A stretch of 64,000 bases of DNA from Sediminibacterium sp. (GCA_036845345.1 DAIUEC010000002.1:746-64745), one strand, 5' to 3'; numbered from the stretch's first letter, positions 10,935 through 21,130 are shown. Program-made: numbers and translations. Notes: a model not told the origin generated them from the letters alone.

Positions 10935-11702
10935 TTGCGAAAGTTTGGTTTAATAGGATATCCATTATCTCATTCCTTTTCAAAAGGGTACTTTGCAGAT
11001 AAATTTCAACAGCATCAAATAACGGATGCTCAATATGATAATTATCCAATCCCATCTATCGATGCGTTTAAAGAATTATGGGAACAGGATTCAGCGCTTA
11101 ATGGATTGAATGTAACCATACCTTATAAAAAGGAAGTCATTCCTTTTTTGCGTCATCCTTCTTCGGTTGTAACTGAAATAAATGCTTGTAATTGTATCCG
11201 AAAATTCAACGGAGCATTGTATGGTTATAATACCGATGTCATTGGCTTTCAAAAGTCTTTACAGCCGTTTTTAAAACCCCATCATACAGGTGCATTAATA
11301 TTAGGAACTGGGGGCGCAGCAGCTGCGGTCGAGTGGGTAATGCGGAATTTGAATATTCCTTATAAATTAGTGAGTCGTTCAAAATCTACAACCCAAGACA
11401 GTAATGTTTCTTTACTTTCTTATAGTGAACTTAGTCCTGAAATAATTGCTGCACATACGCTTATCATTAATACAAGTCCATTGGGAATGTATCCGAATGT
11501 AAACGATGCACCTGATATTCCTTATGAAGCAATTACTTCAAATCATCATTTATTTGATTTGATTTATAATCCAAGTGAAACCTTATTTCTTCAAAAAGGG
11601 GCAGCACAAGGAGCTACTATTCAAAATGGATTAGAGATGTTGCATATACAGGCCGAAGAAAGTTGGCATATTTGGAATGCTGCTACCCCAATCATTCAAT
11701 AA
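10935..11702 (+). CDS. aroE: shikimate dehydrogenase (TTG start, 2 nt after the comA-like stop)
   Basis: It has FGLIGYPLSHSFS, the NVTIPYK motif and GTGGAAAAV. There is no in-frame ATG upstream. Confidence 0.9.
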   Translation: MRKFGLIGYPLSHSFSKGYFADKFQQHQITDAQYDNYPIPSIDAFKELWEQDSALNGLNVTIPYKKEVIPFLRHPSSVVTEINACNCIRKFNGALYGYNTDVIGFQKSLQPFLKPHHTGALILGTGGAAAAVEWVMRNLNIPYKLVSRSKSTTQDSNVSLLSYSELSPEIIAAHTLIINTSPLGMYPNVNDAPDIPYEAITSNHHLFDLIYNPSETLFLQKGAAQGATIQNGLEMLHIQAEESWHIWNAATPIIQ

Positions 11703-11726
11703 TTTTTTAGATTGAACTTTAAACAA

Positions 11727-12320
11727 TTACTGAGCCCTTAAAAATTCAAAAAGTTTTGTGACTGCTTTTTGTCTGTGACTAAAGCTATTTTTTTCATCCA
11801 TGGTCATTTGGGCAAAACTTTTATCAGCTCCATCGGGAATAAATATTGGATCGTATCCGAATCCTTTTTCGCCATGCATTTCAGTGGCAATTTTACCTTT
11901 GCAAATACCCTCAAAATAATAGGTTTGTAAACCTTTTGTAGCATCTTGCCACAGTAAACAAATGACAGTTCTAAATTGAGCATTGCGATTTACAATACCA
12001 TCCAAATTCAACATTACCTTGTCAATATTCGCTTGAAAATCGCGTCCTTCACCAGCATATCTTGCACTTTTAACACCAGGTGCACCATTCAATGCTTCAA
12101 TTTCTAAACCAGTGTCTTCGCTAAAACAATTTTGATGAGTGATGTTAAAAATAGTGTTTGCTTTTTCGGCAGCATTATCTATTAAGGTATCATGTGGCTC
12201 CGGAATATCAATATCAATACCAGCATCTTTTAGTGGGATGATATTAAAATCAGGACCTACTAAGGATTGAATTTCTTGAACTTTATGTTGGTTGTTGGTA
12301 GCGAATATTAAAGTATGCAT
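11727..12320 (-). CDS. rdgB: non-canonical purine NTP pyrophosphatase (RdgB/HAM1 family)
   Basis: It has LIFATNNQHKVQEI, FGYDPIF and SHR. I prefer the ATG at 12320 to the TTG at 12338 given in the ORF track. Confidence 0.9.
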   Translation of the reverse strand: MHTLIFATNNQHKVQEIQSLVGPDFNIIPLKDAGIDIDIPEPHDTLIDNAAEKANTIFNITHQNCFSEDTGLEIEALNGAPGVKSARYAGEGRDFQANIDKVMLNLDGIVNRNAQFRTVICLLWQDATKGLQTYYFEGICKGKIATEMHGEKGFGYDPIFIPDGADKSFAQMTMDEKNSFSHRQKAVTKLFEFLRAQ

Positions 12321-12368
12321 AATATAAAAAGTAGTCAAGCATTGAAACTAATAAACAAAAAAGGATTA

Positions 12369-12962
12369 TTATAATTTAAACAATAATTTTAGCGCATTCC
12401 ACAATTTCGATTTTTCTAGTTTCGCGTTTTGGTCAGTGCCCTGCATGCTTTGCAAGCTATTGCTAAATAAAATTTGTGTATCCCCTAATACAATTGGTTT
12501 GTATAAAGTAGTAGGCAATTTGATTTTTATTTGCGTGCTATTGATATCAAAACTTATTACAAATTGAGAGGGTAGTGTAATTAGCATTTCATGTAATGCT
12601 AAAGGCTGTTGTGCAATATTGATCAATGCAATATCCGCAAGTGTTAATTTGCATGCATTTAAAATAGAAGATAACAAACCAAGGTCTGTTTCATTTAAAT
12701 GAACTGCATTGTTATCATGCACTAACACAATTATTTTCTTTAGGTGATCTCCTAAATATTTAATGGGTACAGGTGTTGTTGATTTTAATTCGTTTACCAC
12801 TTCATTGGCAGGAGTGGTTGCTATTGCTTCTTTACCTATCGCAGTTATGATTGCTTTTTCTTCACTTTCTTCCGACTTTATTTCCTTTTCAGGCAATACC
12901 AAAGTATCTTTGAATAAAGAAACTAAAGCAGCAGCGGGTAATTTGGTATTTTGATCTTGCAT
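12369..12962 (-). CDS. hypothetical protein
   Basis: This is an intact 197-aa ORF upstream of rdgB on the same strand. I cannot assign a firm family; see the finding. Confidence 0.6.
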   Translation of the reverse strand: MQDQNTKLPAAALVSLFKDTLVLPEKEIKSEESEEKAIITAIGKEAIATTPANEVVNELKSTTPVPIKYLGDHLKKIIVLVHDNNAVHLNETDLGLLSSILNACKLTLADIALINIAQQPLALHEMLITLPSQFVISFDINSTQIKIKLPTTLYKPIVLGDTQILFSNSLQSMQGTDQNAKLEKSKLWNALKLLFKL

Positions 12963-13028
12963 CGGGTGGAAAATTAACTCAAATGCACTGATTGAAAAAA
13001 TAACAGTTGTAAGTTTTTAATTATTTCT

Positions 13029-13036
13029 TATTTTTG
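13029..13036 (+). promoter_or_regulatory. -7 promoter box (TATTTTTG) upstream of ilvE
   Basis: It matches TAnnTTTG and lies 40 nt upstream of the ATG. Confidence 0.45.
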
Positions 13037-13076
13037 TGTCTCAAAATTTAATTGTCGATTATTTAAAAGCAAGTGT

Positions 13077-14138
13077 ATGTCAACGCATTCTATTCCAGTA
13101 ACTAAAAATCCAAATCCAAAGCTCCCTAATTTTAATATGGATGAAATTGCTTTTGGAAAAAATTTCACTGATCATATGTTGGTGGCCGACTATGAAAATG
13201 GCGAATGGAAGAATGTTGAAATCAAACCCTACGCTCCTTTTGAAGTGGATCCATCATGTGCGACATTGCATTATGGTCAAACTATTTTTGAAGGCATTAA
13301 AGCTTTTAAAAATGATAAAGGGGAGGTTGTAATTTTTAGACCTGATCAAAATTTAATTCGTTTTAATACTTCAGCGGAACGTATGCAAATGCCTGCAATC
13401 CCTGAATGGATTTTCATGGATGGCATGAAGCAGTTAATTGATTTAGAAAGAGGATGGATTCCGAATAAACCAGATTCCTCATTATATATAAGACCATTCA
13501 TGATTGCGATGGATCCTTTTTTAGGAGTGCGTCCTTCACAAACCTATAAGTTCATGATAATATTAGGACCAAGTGGTGCGTATCATGCGGCTCCAATGAA
13601 AATATTAATTGAACAACACTATACCCGTGCAACACCTGGTGGCGTTGGCTTTGCAAAGAATGGTGGTAATTATGGTGGAAGTTTATATCCAGTTAATTTG
13701 GCGCAACAAAAAGGATATGACCAAGTGCTTTGGACAGACGCTATTGAACATAAATATGTAGAAGAAGTGGGAATGATGAATGTAATGTTTGTGATTGATG
13801 GAAAAATTATTACACCATCTATTGAAAAAGGAACCGTATTAAAAGGGGTGACCAGAAATTCATCTATAACTATATTAAGAGAAATGGGTTATGAGGTAGA
13901 AGAAAGATTCTTGTCCGTTGAAGAAATTGTAGATGCCCATAAAAAAGGGTTATTTACCGAAGTTTTTGGAGTGGGAACGGCTGCAGTAGTCTCTTATATT
14001 TCAAGATTAGCACACGGAGAATACGTCATGGATTTTGATATTGATAGCTTAAAAGTGGCTCCAGCACTTAAAAATCACCTTCATGAGCTAAGAATGGGAA
14101 ATATTATTGACAAACATGGTTGGTTGCAGCATGTTTAG
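13077..14138 (+). CDS. ilvE: branched-chain amino acid aminotransferase
   Basis: It shows a class IV aminotransferase pattern, with LHYGQTIFEGIKAF and GVGTAAVV. Confidence 0.92.
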   Translation: MSTHSIPVTKNPNPKLPNFNMDEIAFGKNFTDHMLVADYENGEWKNVEIKPYAPFEVDPSCATLHYGQTIFEGIKAFKNDKGEVVIFRPDQNLIRFNTSAERMQMPAIPEWIFMDGMKQLIDLERGWIPNKPDSSLYIRPFMIAMDPFLGVRPSQTYKFMIILGPSGAYHAAPMKILIEQHYTRATPGGVGFAKNGGNYGGSLYPVNLAQQKGYDQVLWTDAIEHKYVEEVGMMNVMFVIDGKIITPSIEKGTVLKGVTRNSSITILREMGYEVEERFLSVEEIVDAHKKGLFTEVFGVGTAAVVSYISRLAHGEYVMDFDIDSLKVAPALKNHLHELRMGNIIDKHGWLQHV

Positions 14139-14249
14139 TTAAATACTTGAAAATCAGATTGTTAAAAAGAATTAATTCTCCTTTTTGACAATTTTTTGGG
14201 GTAAAAATGACCTATTTGCTTTATTTTTTTAAAATTAGCCAATAAACAT

Positions 14250-14280
14250 TTTGGTAATTCGTTAACAGCCATTACCTTTG
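14250..14280 (+). promoter_or_regulatory. promoter of rpsL-rpsG: -33 TTTG (14250-14253) and -7 TACCTTTG (14273-14280)
   Basis: Both Bacteroidota consensus elements are present with a 19-nt spacer. The promoter lies 46 nt upstream of the ATG. Confidence 0.65.
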
Positions 14281-14326
14281 CCGTCCGAATTTTTTATAAA
14301 CCGAATTGAACAAAATAGCATAATAA

Positions 14327-14707
14327 ATGCCTACTATTCAGCAATTAGTTAGAAAAGGCCGTGAGATCATCAGGGCGAAAAGTAAATCAAGAGCTTTGGA
14401 CGCATGTCCACAGCGTCGTGGCGTTTGTACAAGAGTGTATACTACTACACCTAAAAAACCTAACTCTGCGTTACGTAAAGTAGCAAAGGTACGTTTGACA
14501 AACAAAATTGAGGTGATTGCCTACATCCCAGGTGAAGGTCATAACTTACAAGAACACAGTATCGTATTAATCCGTGGTGGTCGTGTTAAGGATTTACCAG
14601 GTGTGCGTTATCATATTGTTCGTGGTAGTTTAGATACTGCTGGTGTTAAAGACCGTAAGCAGTCTCGTTCTAAATACGGAACGAAGAAAGAAAAAGCAAA
14701 GAAATAA
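14327..14707 (+). CDS. rpsL: 30S ribosomal protein S12
   Basis: It has [11 protein letters not shown] and KKPNSALRK. Confidence 0.99.
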   Translation: MPTIQQLVRKGREIIRAKSKSRALDACPQRRGVCTRVYTTTPKKPNSALRKVAKVRLTNKIEVIAYIPGEGHNLQEHSIVLIRGGRVKDLPGVRYHIVRGSLDTAGVKDRKQSRSKYGTKKEKAKK

Positions 14708-14750
14708 CTCTAACAAATTTCAGATAATAACTAATTAATATTCGACAGAC

Positions 14751-15218
14751 ATGCGTAAGGCCCAACCTAAAAAGATTGCATTAGCTCCAGATCCTAAATT
14801 TAACGATGTACAAGTAACTCGTTTTATCAACAACATCATGTTGGATGGTAAAAAGACTACTGCATTTAATATTTTCTATGATGCATTAGACAAAGTTGCA
14901 AAGTTCACAAATGAAGATGGATATGAAATGTGGAAGAAAGCGGTAGCAAATGTTACTCCAGCTGTTGAGGTACGTAGCCGTCGTATTGGTGGTGCTACTT
15001 TCCAAATTCCTGCTGAAGTTCGTGCTGATCGTAAAATTTCTTTAAGCATGAAATGGTTAGTGCGTTTTAGCCGTGAGCGTAACGGTAAAACAATGGCTGA
15101 CAAATTAGCGAATGAAATCATCGCAGCTACAAAAGGCGAGGGTGGTGCATTCAAAAAGAAAGAAGATACACACCGTATGGCTGAGGCGAACAAAGCGTTC
15201 TCTCACTTTAAAGTGTAA
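14751..15218 (+). CDS. rpsG: 30S ribosomal protein S7
   Basis: It has the S7 signature region [16 protein letters not shown]. Confidence 0.99.
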   Translation: MRKAQPKKIALAPDPKFNDVQVTRFINNIMLDGKKTTAFNIFYDALDKVAKFTNEDGYEMWKKAVANVTPAVEVRSRRIGGATFQIPAEVRADRKISLSMKWLVRFSRERNGKTMADKLANEIIAATKGEGGAFKKKEDTHRMAEANKAFSHFKV

Positions 15219-15249
15219 TTACTCCGAAAGAATGAATCGTTCTATAGTA

Positions 15250-15276
15250 AAAACCTCAACTAAGTTGGGGTTTTTT
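15250..15276 (+). terminator. intrinsic terminator after rpsG
   Basis: AAAACCTCAAC/GTTGGGGTTTT forms a stem with a 3-nt loop, followed by a T-run. Confidence 0.7.
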
Positions 15277-15394
15277 GTTGCCCATAACTGATTACAGGCT
15301 TGGACATTTGCTTGGTTTACAGCAGGCTTCCTGCCTTGTGAAATAGTTTATGGAAAAATATTGTTGGAAAACCTTGTTCAATCACTAATATCAT

Positions 15395-15402
15395 TAACTT
15401 TG
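15395..15402 (+). promoter_or_regulatory. -7 promoter box (TAACTTTG) upstream of fusA
   Basis: It matches TAnnTTTG and lies 67 nt upstream of the ATG. Confidence 0.5.
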
Positions 15403-15469
15403 CGCCTCGATAAATTGACTATTAATTTTAGTTGAAATATTGAGCTATTAAAAAATAAACAACCCTAAT

Positions 15470-17623
15470 ATGGCGGATTTAAAACTACAGAGAAACTTTG
15501 GTATTGCTGCGCACATTGATGCCGGTAAAACTACTACCACTGAACGTATCTTACGTTACACTGGTATGATTCACAAAATTGGTGAAGTACATGATGGTGC
15601 TGCAACTACAGACTGGATGGAGCAAGAAAAAGAAAGAGGTATCACAATTACTTCTGCGGCTGTAAGTTGTCAATGGCAGTTTCCTACTACATTAGGTAAG
15701 AAAGATGCTAACACAAAAGATTATTATTTTAATATTATCGATACTCCAGGTCACGTGGACTTTACTGTAGAGGTAGAGCGTTCAATGCGTGTATTGGATG
15801 GTTTGATTGCATTGTTCTCAGCGGTTGATGGTGTGGAGCCTCAGTCTGAAACAGTATGGCGTCAAGCAAACCGTTATAAAGTTCCTCGTATTGGTTTCGT
15901 AAATAAAATGGACCGTGCTGGTGCTGATTTCTTAATGGTAGTGAACCAGGTAAAAGAAATGTTAGGTGCGAAAGCAGTTCCATTGCAATTACCAATCGGT
16001 GCAGAAGATACTTTCAAAGGTGTTGTGGATTTAATTAAAATGAAAGGTATTATCTGGGATGATGCTACAGAAGGTATGACTTATGTAGAGACTGAAATCC
16101 CTGCAGATATGAAAGAGGATGTTGATTATTGGAGAGCTCAATTAATTGAAGCCGTTGCAGAATATGACGACAAATTAATGGAGAAATTCTTCGAAAATCC
16201 TAATACTATTACGGAAGCTGAAGTGCATGAAGCAATTCGTAAAGCTTGTATCGATTTATCTATCGTTCCAATGATGTGTGGTTCTTCTTTCAAAAACAAA
16301 GGAGTACAAACAGCATTAGATGCAGTATGTCGTTACTTGCCTTCACCAGTGGATGTAGATGATACAGAAGGAACTGATCCTGATACAGGAGAGAAAATCT
16401 TCCGTAAGCCTAATGCAAAAGAACCATTTGCTGCATTGGCTTTCAAAATTATGACAGATCCTTTCGTAGGACGTTTAGCGTTCTTCAGATGTTATTCTGG
16501 TCACTTAGATGCGGGTTCTTATGTAAGAAACGTACGTAGTGGAAAGAACGAGCGTATCTCTCGTATCATGAAAATGTTTGCGAACAAACAAAACCCAATC
16601 GATTTTATCGAAGCAGGTGATATCGCAGCAGCAGTAGGATTTAAAGAAATTAAAACAGGAGATACATTATGTGATGAGAATCACTTAATCGTATTGGAAA
16701 ATATGTTTATTCCAGAACCAGTTATCTCGGTTGCTGTTGAGCCTAAGACGCAAGCAGACGTTGATAAAATGGGTATGGCAATTGCAAAATTAGTAGAGGA
16801 AGATCCTACCTTAAGAGTAAGAACTGACGAGGACACTGGTCAAACAATTTTATCAGGTATGGGTGAATTACACTTAGAAATTATCGTTGACCGTATGCGT
16901 CGTGAGTTCAAAGTGGAAATCAACCAAGGTAATCCTCAGGTTGCTTACAAAGAAGCATTTGGTATGACTATCGAGCACCGTGAAGTGTTGAAGAAGCAAT
17001 CGGGTGGTCGTGGTAAATTCGCTGATATCCAATTCTCAATCGGACCTGCTGATGAAGAATGGTTAACAGCTAACCCAGATAAAAAAGCCTTCCAATTCCA
17101 AAACGATTTATTTGGTGGATCTATCCCTAAAGAATTCGTTCCTGCAATTACAAAAGGTTTTGAATCTGCAATGACAACTGGTGTTTTAGCTGGTTTCCCA
17201 GTGAACAACATGAAGATCCGCGTATTTGATGGTTCTTACCACGATGTGGATTCTGATGCAATGTCATTTGAATTGTGTGCTAAAGCTGGTTTCAGAACTG
17301 CTGGTAAAAAAGCGAAACCTACTTTGTTAGAACCAATCATGAAAGTAGAAGTAGTAACTCCCGACCAATACATGGGTGACGTAACAGGTGACTTAAACCG
17401 TCGTCGTGGTATGCTAGAAGGTATGGATAGCCGTGGTAACTTACAAGTTATTAAAGCGAAAGTGCCATTGAGTGAAATGTTCGGTTATGTGACTCAATTA
17501 CGTTCATTGAGCTCTGGTCGTGCGACTTCAACTATGGAATTTAGTCACTATTCTCCAGCACCAAACAATATTGCTGAGGAAGTAATGGCTAAAAACAAAG
17601 GAAAAGTAAAAGACGAAGAATAG
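15470..17623 (+). CDS. fusA: elongation factor G
   Basis: It has [17 protein letters not shown] and NKMD GTPase motifs. The protein is full length at 717 aa. Confidence 0.99.
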   Translation: MADLKLQRNFGIAAHIDAGKTTTTERILRYTGMIHKIGEVHDGAATTDWMEQEKERGITITSAAVSCQWQFPTTLGKKDANTKDYYFNIIDTPGHVDFTVEVERSMRVLDGLIALFSAVDGVEPQSETVWRQANRYKVPRIGFVNKMDRAGADFLMVVNQVKEMLGAKAVPLQLPIGAEDTFKGVVDLIKMKGIIWDDATEGMTYVETEIPADMKEDVDYWRAQLIEAVAEYDDKLMEKFFENPNTITEAEVHEAIRKACIDLSIVPMMCGSSFKNKGVQTALDAVCRYLPSPVDVDDTEGTDPDTGEKIFRKPNAKEPFAALAFKIMTDPFVGRLAFFRCYSGHLDAGSYVRNVRSGKNERISRIMKMFANKQNPIDFIEAGDIAAAVGFKEIKTGDTLCDENHLIVLENMFIPEPVISVAVEPKTQADVDKMGMAIAKLVEEDPTLRVRTDEDTGQTILSGMGELHLEIIVDRMRREFKVEINQGNPQVAYKEAFGMTIEHREVLKKQSGGRGKFADIQFSIGPADEEWLTANPDKKAFQFQNDLFGGSIPKEFVPAITKGFESAMTTGVLAGFPVNNMKIRVFDGSYHDVDSDAMSFELCAKAGFRTAGKKAKPTLLEPIMKVEVVTPDQYMGDVTGDLNRRRGMLEGMDSRGNLQVIKAKVPLSEMFGYVTQLRSLSSGRATSTMEFSHYSPAPNNIAEEVMAKNKGKVKDEE

Positions 17624-17651
17624 TCAATAGACTGATTTTCAATAATTTAAG

Positions 17652-17685
17652 AACCCCTTCCTGTAAAAAGGAGGGGGTTTTATTT
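17652..17685 (+). terminator. intrinsic terminator after fusA
   Basis: AACCCCTTCC/GGAGGGGGTT forms a stem with an 8-nt loop, followed by TTTTATTTT. Confidence 0.75.
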
Positions 17686-17767
17686 TGAGCCCAGGGGGGT
17701 GTTTAAAATATTTTGAAAAAAAATTAAAAAAAACACAATATTTCTTGAATGTTAGGTTACAACCCAT

Positions 17768-17775
17768 TACCTTTG
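17768..17775 (+). promoter_or_regulatory. -7 promoter box (TACCTTTG) upstream of rpsJ
   Basis: It matches TAnnTTTG and lies 30 nt upstream of the ATG. Confidence 0.6.
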
Positions 17776-17805
17776 CAACCCCAAGATAATTTGGAAAAAT
17801 AAGCT

Positions 17806-18111
17806 ATGTCTCAAAGAATTAGAATAAAATTACAATCTTACGATCACAACTTAGTAGATAAGTCTGCTGAGAAAATCGTAAAAACAGTACGCAGTACAGG
17901 TGCAGTAGTAACAGGTCCTATTCCTTTGCCTACACACAAACGCATTTTTACTGTGTTACGTTCACCACACGTTAACAAGAAAAGTCGTGAGCAGTTTCAA
18001 TTAGCAACGCACAAGCGTTTATTGGACATCTATACTTCTTCTTCTAAAACTGTAGATGCCTTAAGTAAGTTAGACTTACCTTCAGGTGTTGAAGTGGAGA
18101 TCAAAGCATAA
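17806..18111 (+). CDS. rpsJ: 30S ribosomal protein S10
   Basis: It has [10 protein letters not shown] and [12 protein letters not shown]. Confidence 0.99.
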   Translation: MSQRIRIKLQSYDHNLVDKSAEKIVKTVRSTGAVVTGPIPLPTHKRIFTVLRSPHVNKKSREQFQLATHKRLLDIYTSSSKTVDALSKLDLPSGVEVEIKA

Positions 18112-18359
18112 GTATTTATAATTACCATCTCCCAATCACTACCCATTATGCAGTAGTTGAGAAAGGAGCGCTGGTTTGAAGTAAGTAAAATATAAACAGG
18201 CCCTTCGAGGTTTGTTTACTTCCGGTACTTCCCCTCTCAAAATTGAGAAACAAAGGAAAAGGTCGGCAGCAAACAGGGATTGAATCCGAGCTACTATAAA
18301 ATGTAGCATCATCATCGGATGTCCTCAGAACCAAGCGCGGGGCATAAACCGCAAAAAAG
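18112..18359 (+). promoter_or_regulatory. unexplained 248-nt structured, GC-enriched spacer between rpsJ and rplC (candidate cis-regulatory RNA or ncRNA)
   Basis: It contains no plausible ORF, no TAnnTTTG box and no terminator. Several local helices are visible: 18194-18203/18209-18217, 18178-18183/18226-18231, 18235-18239/18244-18248, 18290-18294/18303-18307 and 18337-18340/18349-18352. Confidence 0.35.
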
Positions 18360-18977
18360 ATGAAAGGTATTATTGGAAAAAAAATTGGCATGACTAGCAT
18401 CTTCGGAGAAGATGGAAAGCAAATTGCTTGCACCATTATCGAAGCTGGTCCTTGCACTGTTACTCAGGTTAAAACTCCTGAAGTAGATGGCTACAATGCA
18501 GTACAATTAGCATTGGGCGACAAAAAAGAAAAGCACTCTACAAAGTCTGAAATTAATCACTACGCAAAAGCACAGACTGCTCCAAAGAAATTCGTAAAAG
18601 AATTCCGCGATTATTCAATCGAAACTACACTAGGCGCTACACTTACCTTAGACATGTTCTCTGAAGGAGATACTGTTGAAGTTGTTGGTACAACTAAGGG
18701 AAGAGGTTTCCAAGGTGTTGTTAAACGTCATGGATTTAGCGGGGTTGGTGAAGCTACGCACGGTCAACATGACCGTTCTCGTGCACCAGGTTCTATCGGT
18801 GGATCATCTTATCCAGCGAGAGTATTCAAAGGAATGCGTATGGCCGGTCATATGGGTAACGATCGCGTTAAAACAAAAGGATTAAAAGTATTAAAGTTAT
18901 TCCCAGAAAAGAACTATGTACTAGTTAGTGGATCTGTTCCAGGTCACAACGGTTCAATTGTTTTAATCCAAAAGTAA
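18360..18977 (+). CDS. rplC: 50S ribosomal protein L3
   Basis: It has [13 protein letters not shown] and [11 protein letters not shown]. Confidence 0.99.
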   Translation: MKGIIGKKIGMTSIFGEDGKQIACTIIEAGPCTVTQVKTPEVDGYNAVQLALGDKKEKHSTKSEINHYAKAQTAPKKFVKEFRDYSIETTLGATLTLDMFSEGDTVEVVGTTKGRGFQGVVKRHGFSGVGEATHGQHDRSRAPGSIGGSSYPARVFKGMRMAGHMGNDRVKTKGLKVLKLFPEKNYVLVSGSVPGHNGSIVLIQK

Positions 18978-18998
18978 TCACCACATTAATCGACAATC

Positions 18999-19628
18999 AT
19001 GCAATTAGAAGTATTAGATATAAAAGGCAAAAAGACTGGCAGACAGGTAGAATTACCTGCTGAAATCTTTGGAGCAACTCCAAACGACCACGTTATTTAT
19101 TTAGCCGTTAAGCAATATTTAGCAGCACGCCGTTCAGGTACGCATAAAGTTAAAACTCGTGCGGAAGTACAAGGTGCTAGCAGAAAATTACACAAACAAA
19201 AAGGTACTGGTGGAGCTCGTAAGGGTAATATCCGTAACCCATTATACAAGGGTGGTGGTACTATCTTTGGACCAAAACCTCACTCTTACGATTTCAAATT
19301 GAACCGTAAAGTAAAAGATCTTGCAAAAATTTCTGCGTTAAGTCATAAAGCAATTGATCAAGCTATTTTAGTTTTAGAAGACATCAAATTAGATGCTCCA
19401 AAAACTTCAGCAGTAGCTTCAATCATTAGCCAATTAAACTTAGATAACAAGAAGACTTTAGTAATCTTGCCTGAGTACAATGACAACGTTTATTTGAGCA
19501 CTCGTAACATTCCTAACGTAGCAAGTACATTATTAGCTGACATCAACACTTATGACATTATGAATGCAGACGTGTTAGTGATCACTGAAGGTGCTGCTAA
19601 AATTTTTAACGAAGAAGAAGCTGCGTAG
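18999..19628 (+). CDS. rplD: 50S ribosomal protein L4
   Basis: It has KQKGTGGARKG and sits in the expected operon position. Confidence 0.98.
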   Translation: MQLEVLDIKGKKTGRQVELPAEIFGATPNDHVIYLAVKQYLAARRSGTHKVKTRAEVQGASRKLHKQKGTGGARKGNIRNPLYKGGGTIFGPKPHSYDFKLNRKVKDLAKISALSHKAIDQAILVLEDIKLDAPKTSAVASIISQLNLDNKKTLVILPEYNDNVYLSTRNIPNVASTLLADINTYDIMNADVLVITEGAAKIFNEEEAA

Positions 19629-19650
19629 TCTCTTTTAAAAAAAGATAATC

Positions 19651-19950
19651 ATGAAAGTAACAGAAATATTAATCAAGCCGATTTTAACTGAAAAAGCAAA
19701 TGCTCAACAAGAGTCATTAAGAAGATATGCTTTCAAAGTAAATCGTCGCGCGAACAAATTAGAAATCAAAACAGCTATTGAGCAATTCTACGGCGTAAAT
19801 GTTTTAGAAGTAAATACTTTAGTTGTTCCTGGTAAACAAAAAACTCGTTCTACTAAGTCTGGTATTATCTCTGGTGTTAAATCTGGATATAAGAAAGCAT
19901 TAGTAACAGTAGCGGAAGGTGAAACCATTGACCTTTACGCAAGCATTTAA
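19651..19950 (+). CDS. rplW: 50S ribosomal protein L23
   Basis: It has ILTEKA and FKVNRRANKLEIK, and sits in the expected position. Confidence 0.98.
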   Translation: MKVTEILIKPILTEKANAQQESLRRYAFKVNRRANKLEIKTAIEQFYGVNVLEVNTLVVPGKQKTRSTKSGIISGVKSGYKKALVTVAEGETIDLYASI

Positions 19951-19995
19951 TAATAGCAAGTGAAGCTGAAAATTTCACGTTAAAAAAGAAAAGAA

Positions 19996-20835
19996 ATGGC
20001 ATTAAGAAAGTACAAACCGATTACAGCAGGAACCCGATGGAGAATTGGGAACGCATACGCTGAAATCACAACTAACAAACCAGAGAAGAGTTTGTTAGAG
20101 CCTCAAAAGAAAACAGCAGGACGTAACTTCCAAGGTCGTCGTGCAATGCGTTACATGGGTGGTGGTCATAGACAACACTATCGTATCATTGACTTCAAAA
20201 GAAATAAGAAGGATATGGAAGCTACTGTAGTTTCTATTGAATACGATCCAAACAGAACTGCATTCATCGCATTAGTACAATATACTGATGGCGAGAAAAG
20301 ATACATCATTGCTCCACAAGGTTTACAAGTGGGTGCTAAAGTTGCTTCAGGAGATAATGTTGTTCCAGAAATTGGATACTCATTACCAATGAAGAATATT
20401 CCATTAGGTACTGTAGTGCACAATATCGAAATGCAACCTGGTCAAGGTGGTAAATTGGTACGCAGTGCTGGTACATCTGCTCAATTAGCGAACAAGGAAA
20501 CTGAATACGCTGTATTGAAAATGCCTTCTGGTGAATTAAGAAAATTATTAATTAACTGTTATGCTACTGTAGGTGTGGTTTCTAATAGCGATCACAACTT
20601 AGAAACAGCTGGTAAAGCAGGTAGAAATCGTTGGAAAGGTGTACGTCCTCGTGTTAGAGGTGTCGCTATGAACCCAGTAGATCACCCGATGGGTGGTGGT
20701 GAAGGTAGAGCGTCTGGTGGACATCCAAGAAGCAGAACTGGTAAGTATGCTAAAGGAGAAAAAACTAGAACAAGAGGTAAGGGTAGCGATAAGTTGATCA
20801 TTCAACGTCGTGACGGTAAAAAATTGACTAAATAA
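19996..20835 (+). CDS. rplB: 50S ribosomal protein L2
   Basis: It has GGGHRQHYR and [15 protein letters not shown]. Confidence 0.99.
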   Translation: MALRKYKPITAGTRWRIGNAYAEITTNKPEKSLLEPQKKTAGRNFQGRRAMRYMGGGHRQHYRIIDFKRNKKDMEATVVSIEYDPNRTAFIALVQYTDGEKRYIIAPQGLQVGAKVASGDNVVPEIGYSLPMKNIPLGTVVHNIEMQPGQGGKLVRSAGTSAQLANKETEYAVLKMPSGELRKLLINCYATVGVVSNSDHNLETAGKAGRNRWKGVRPRVRGVAMNPVDHPMGGGEGRASGGHPRSRTGKYAKGEKTRTRGKGSDKLIIQRRDGKKLTK

Positions 20836-20860
20836 TTAACATTCAAATTAACTCATCACT

Positions 20861-21130
20861 ATGGGTCGTTCGATTAAAAAAGGTCCTTATATAGATCATA
20901 ACCTTGAAGAAAAAGTAGAGGGTATGAATGGAGGCAAAACTAAAAAAGCTGTCATCAAAACTTGGAGCCGTAGAAGTACAATTTCTCCAGATTTCGTTGG
21001 TCATACTTTCGCAGTTCATAATGGAAATAAGTTTATCCCAGTATATGTTACCGAATTCATGGTAGGACATAAATTAGGTGAATTTTCTCCAACTAGAAAC
21101 TTCAGAGGACACGCAGGTAGCAAAAAATAG
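20861..21130 (+). CDS. rpsS: 30S ribosomal protein S19
   Basis: It has GRSIKKGPY and [13 protein letters not shown]. Confidence 0.99.
   Translation: MGRSIKKGPYIDHNLEEKVEGMNGGKTKKAVIKTWSRRSTISPDFVGHTFAVHNGNKFIPVYVTEFMVGHKLGEFSPTRNFRGHAGSKK

Noticed and set aside
18255-18292. A possible tRNA T-arm (GGGATTGAATCC) or an SRP-RNA-like AGGTCGGCAGCA motif in the spacer.
   Set aside because: No 5-bp T-stem, acceptor arm or anticodon arm can be drawn. The SRP helix-8 GGAA tetraloop and AGCA symmetric loop are absent.
18146-18506. Two minus-strand ORFs (103 aa and 64 aa) span the rpsJ-rplC spacer.
   Set aside because: They run antisense into the rplC start and have odd low-complexity, Phe/Pro/Ser-rich composition. 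No promoter box precedes them. I treat the spacer as non-coding.
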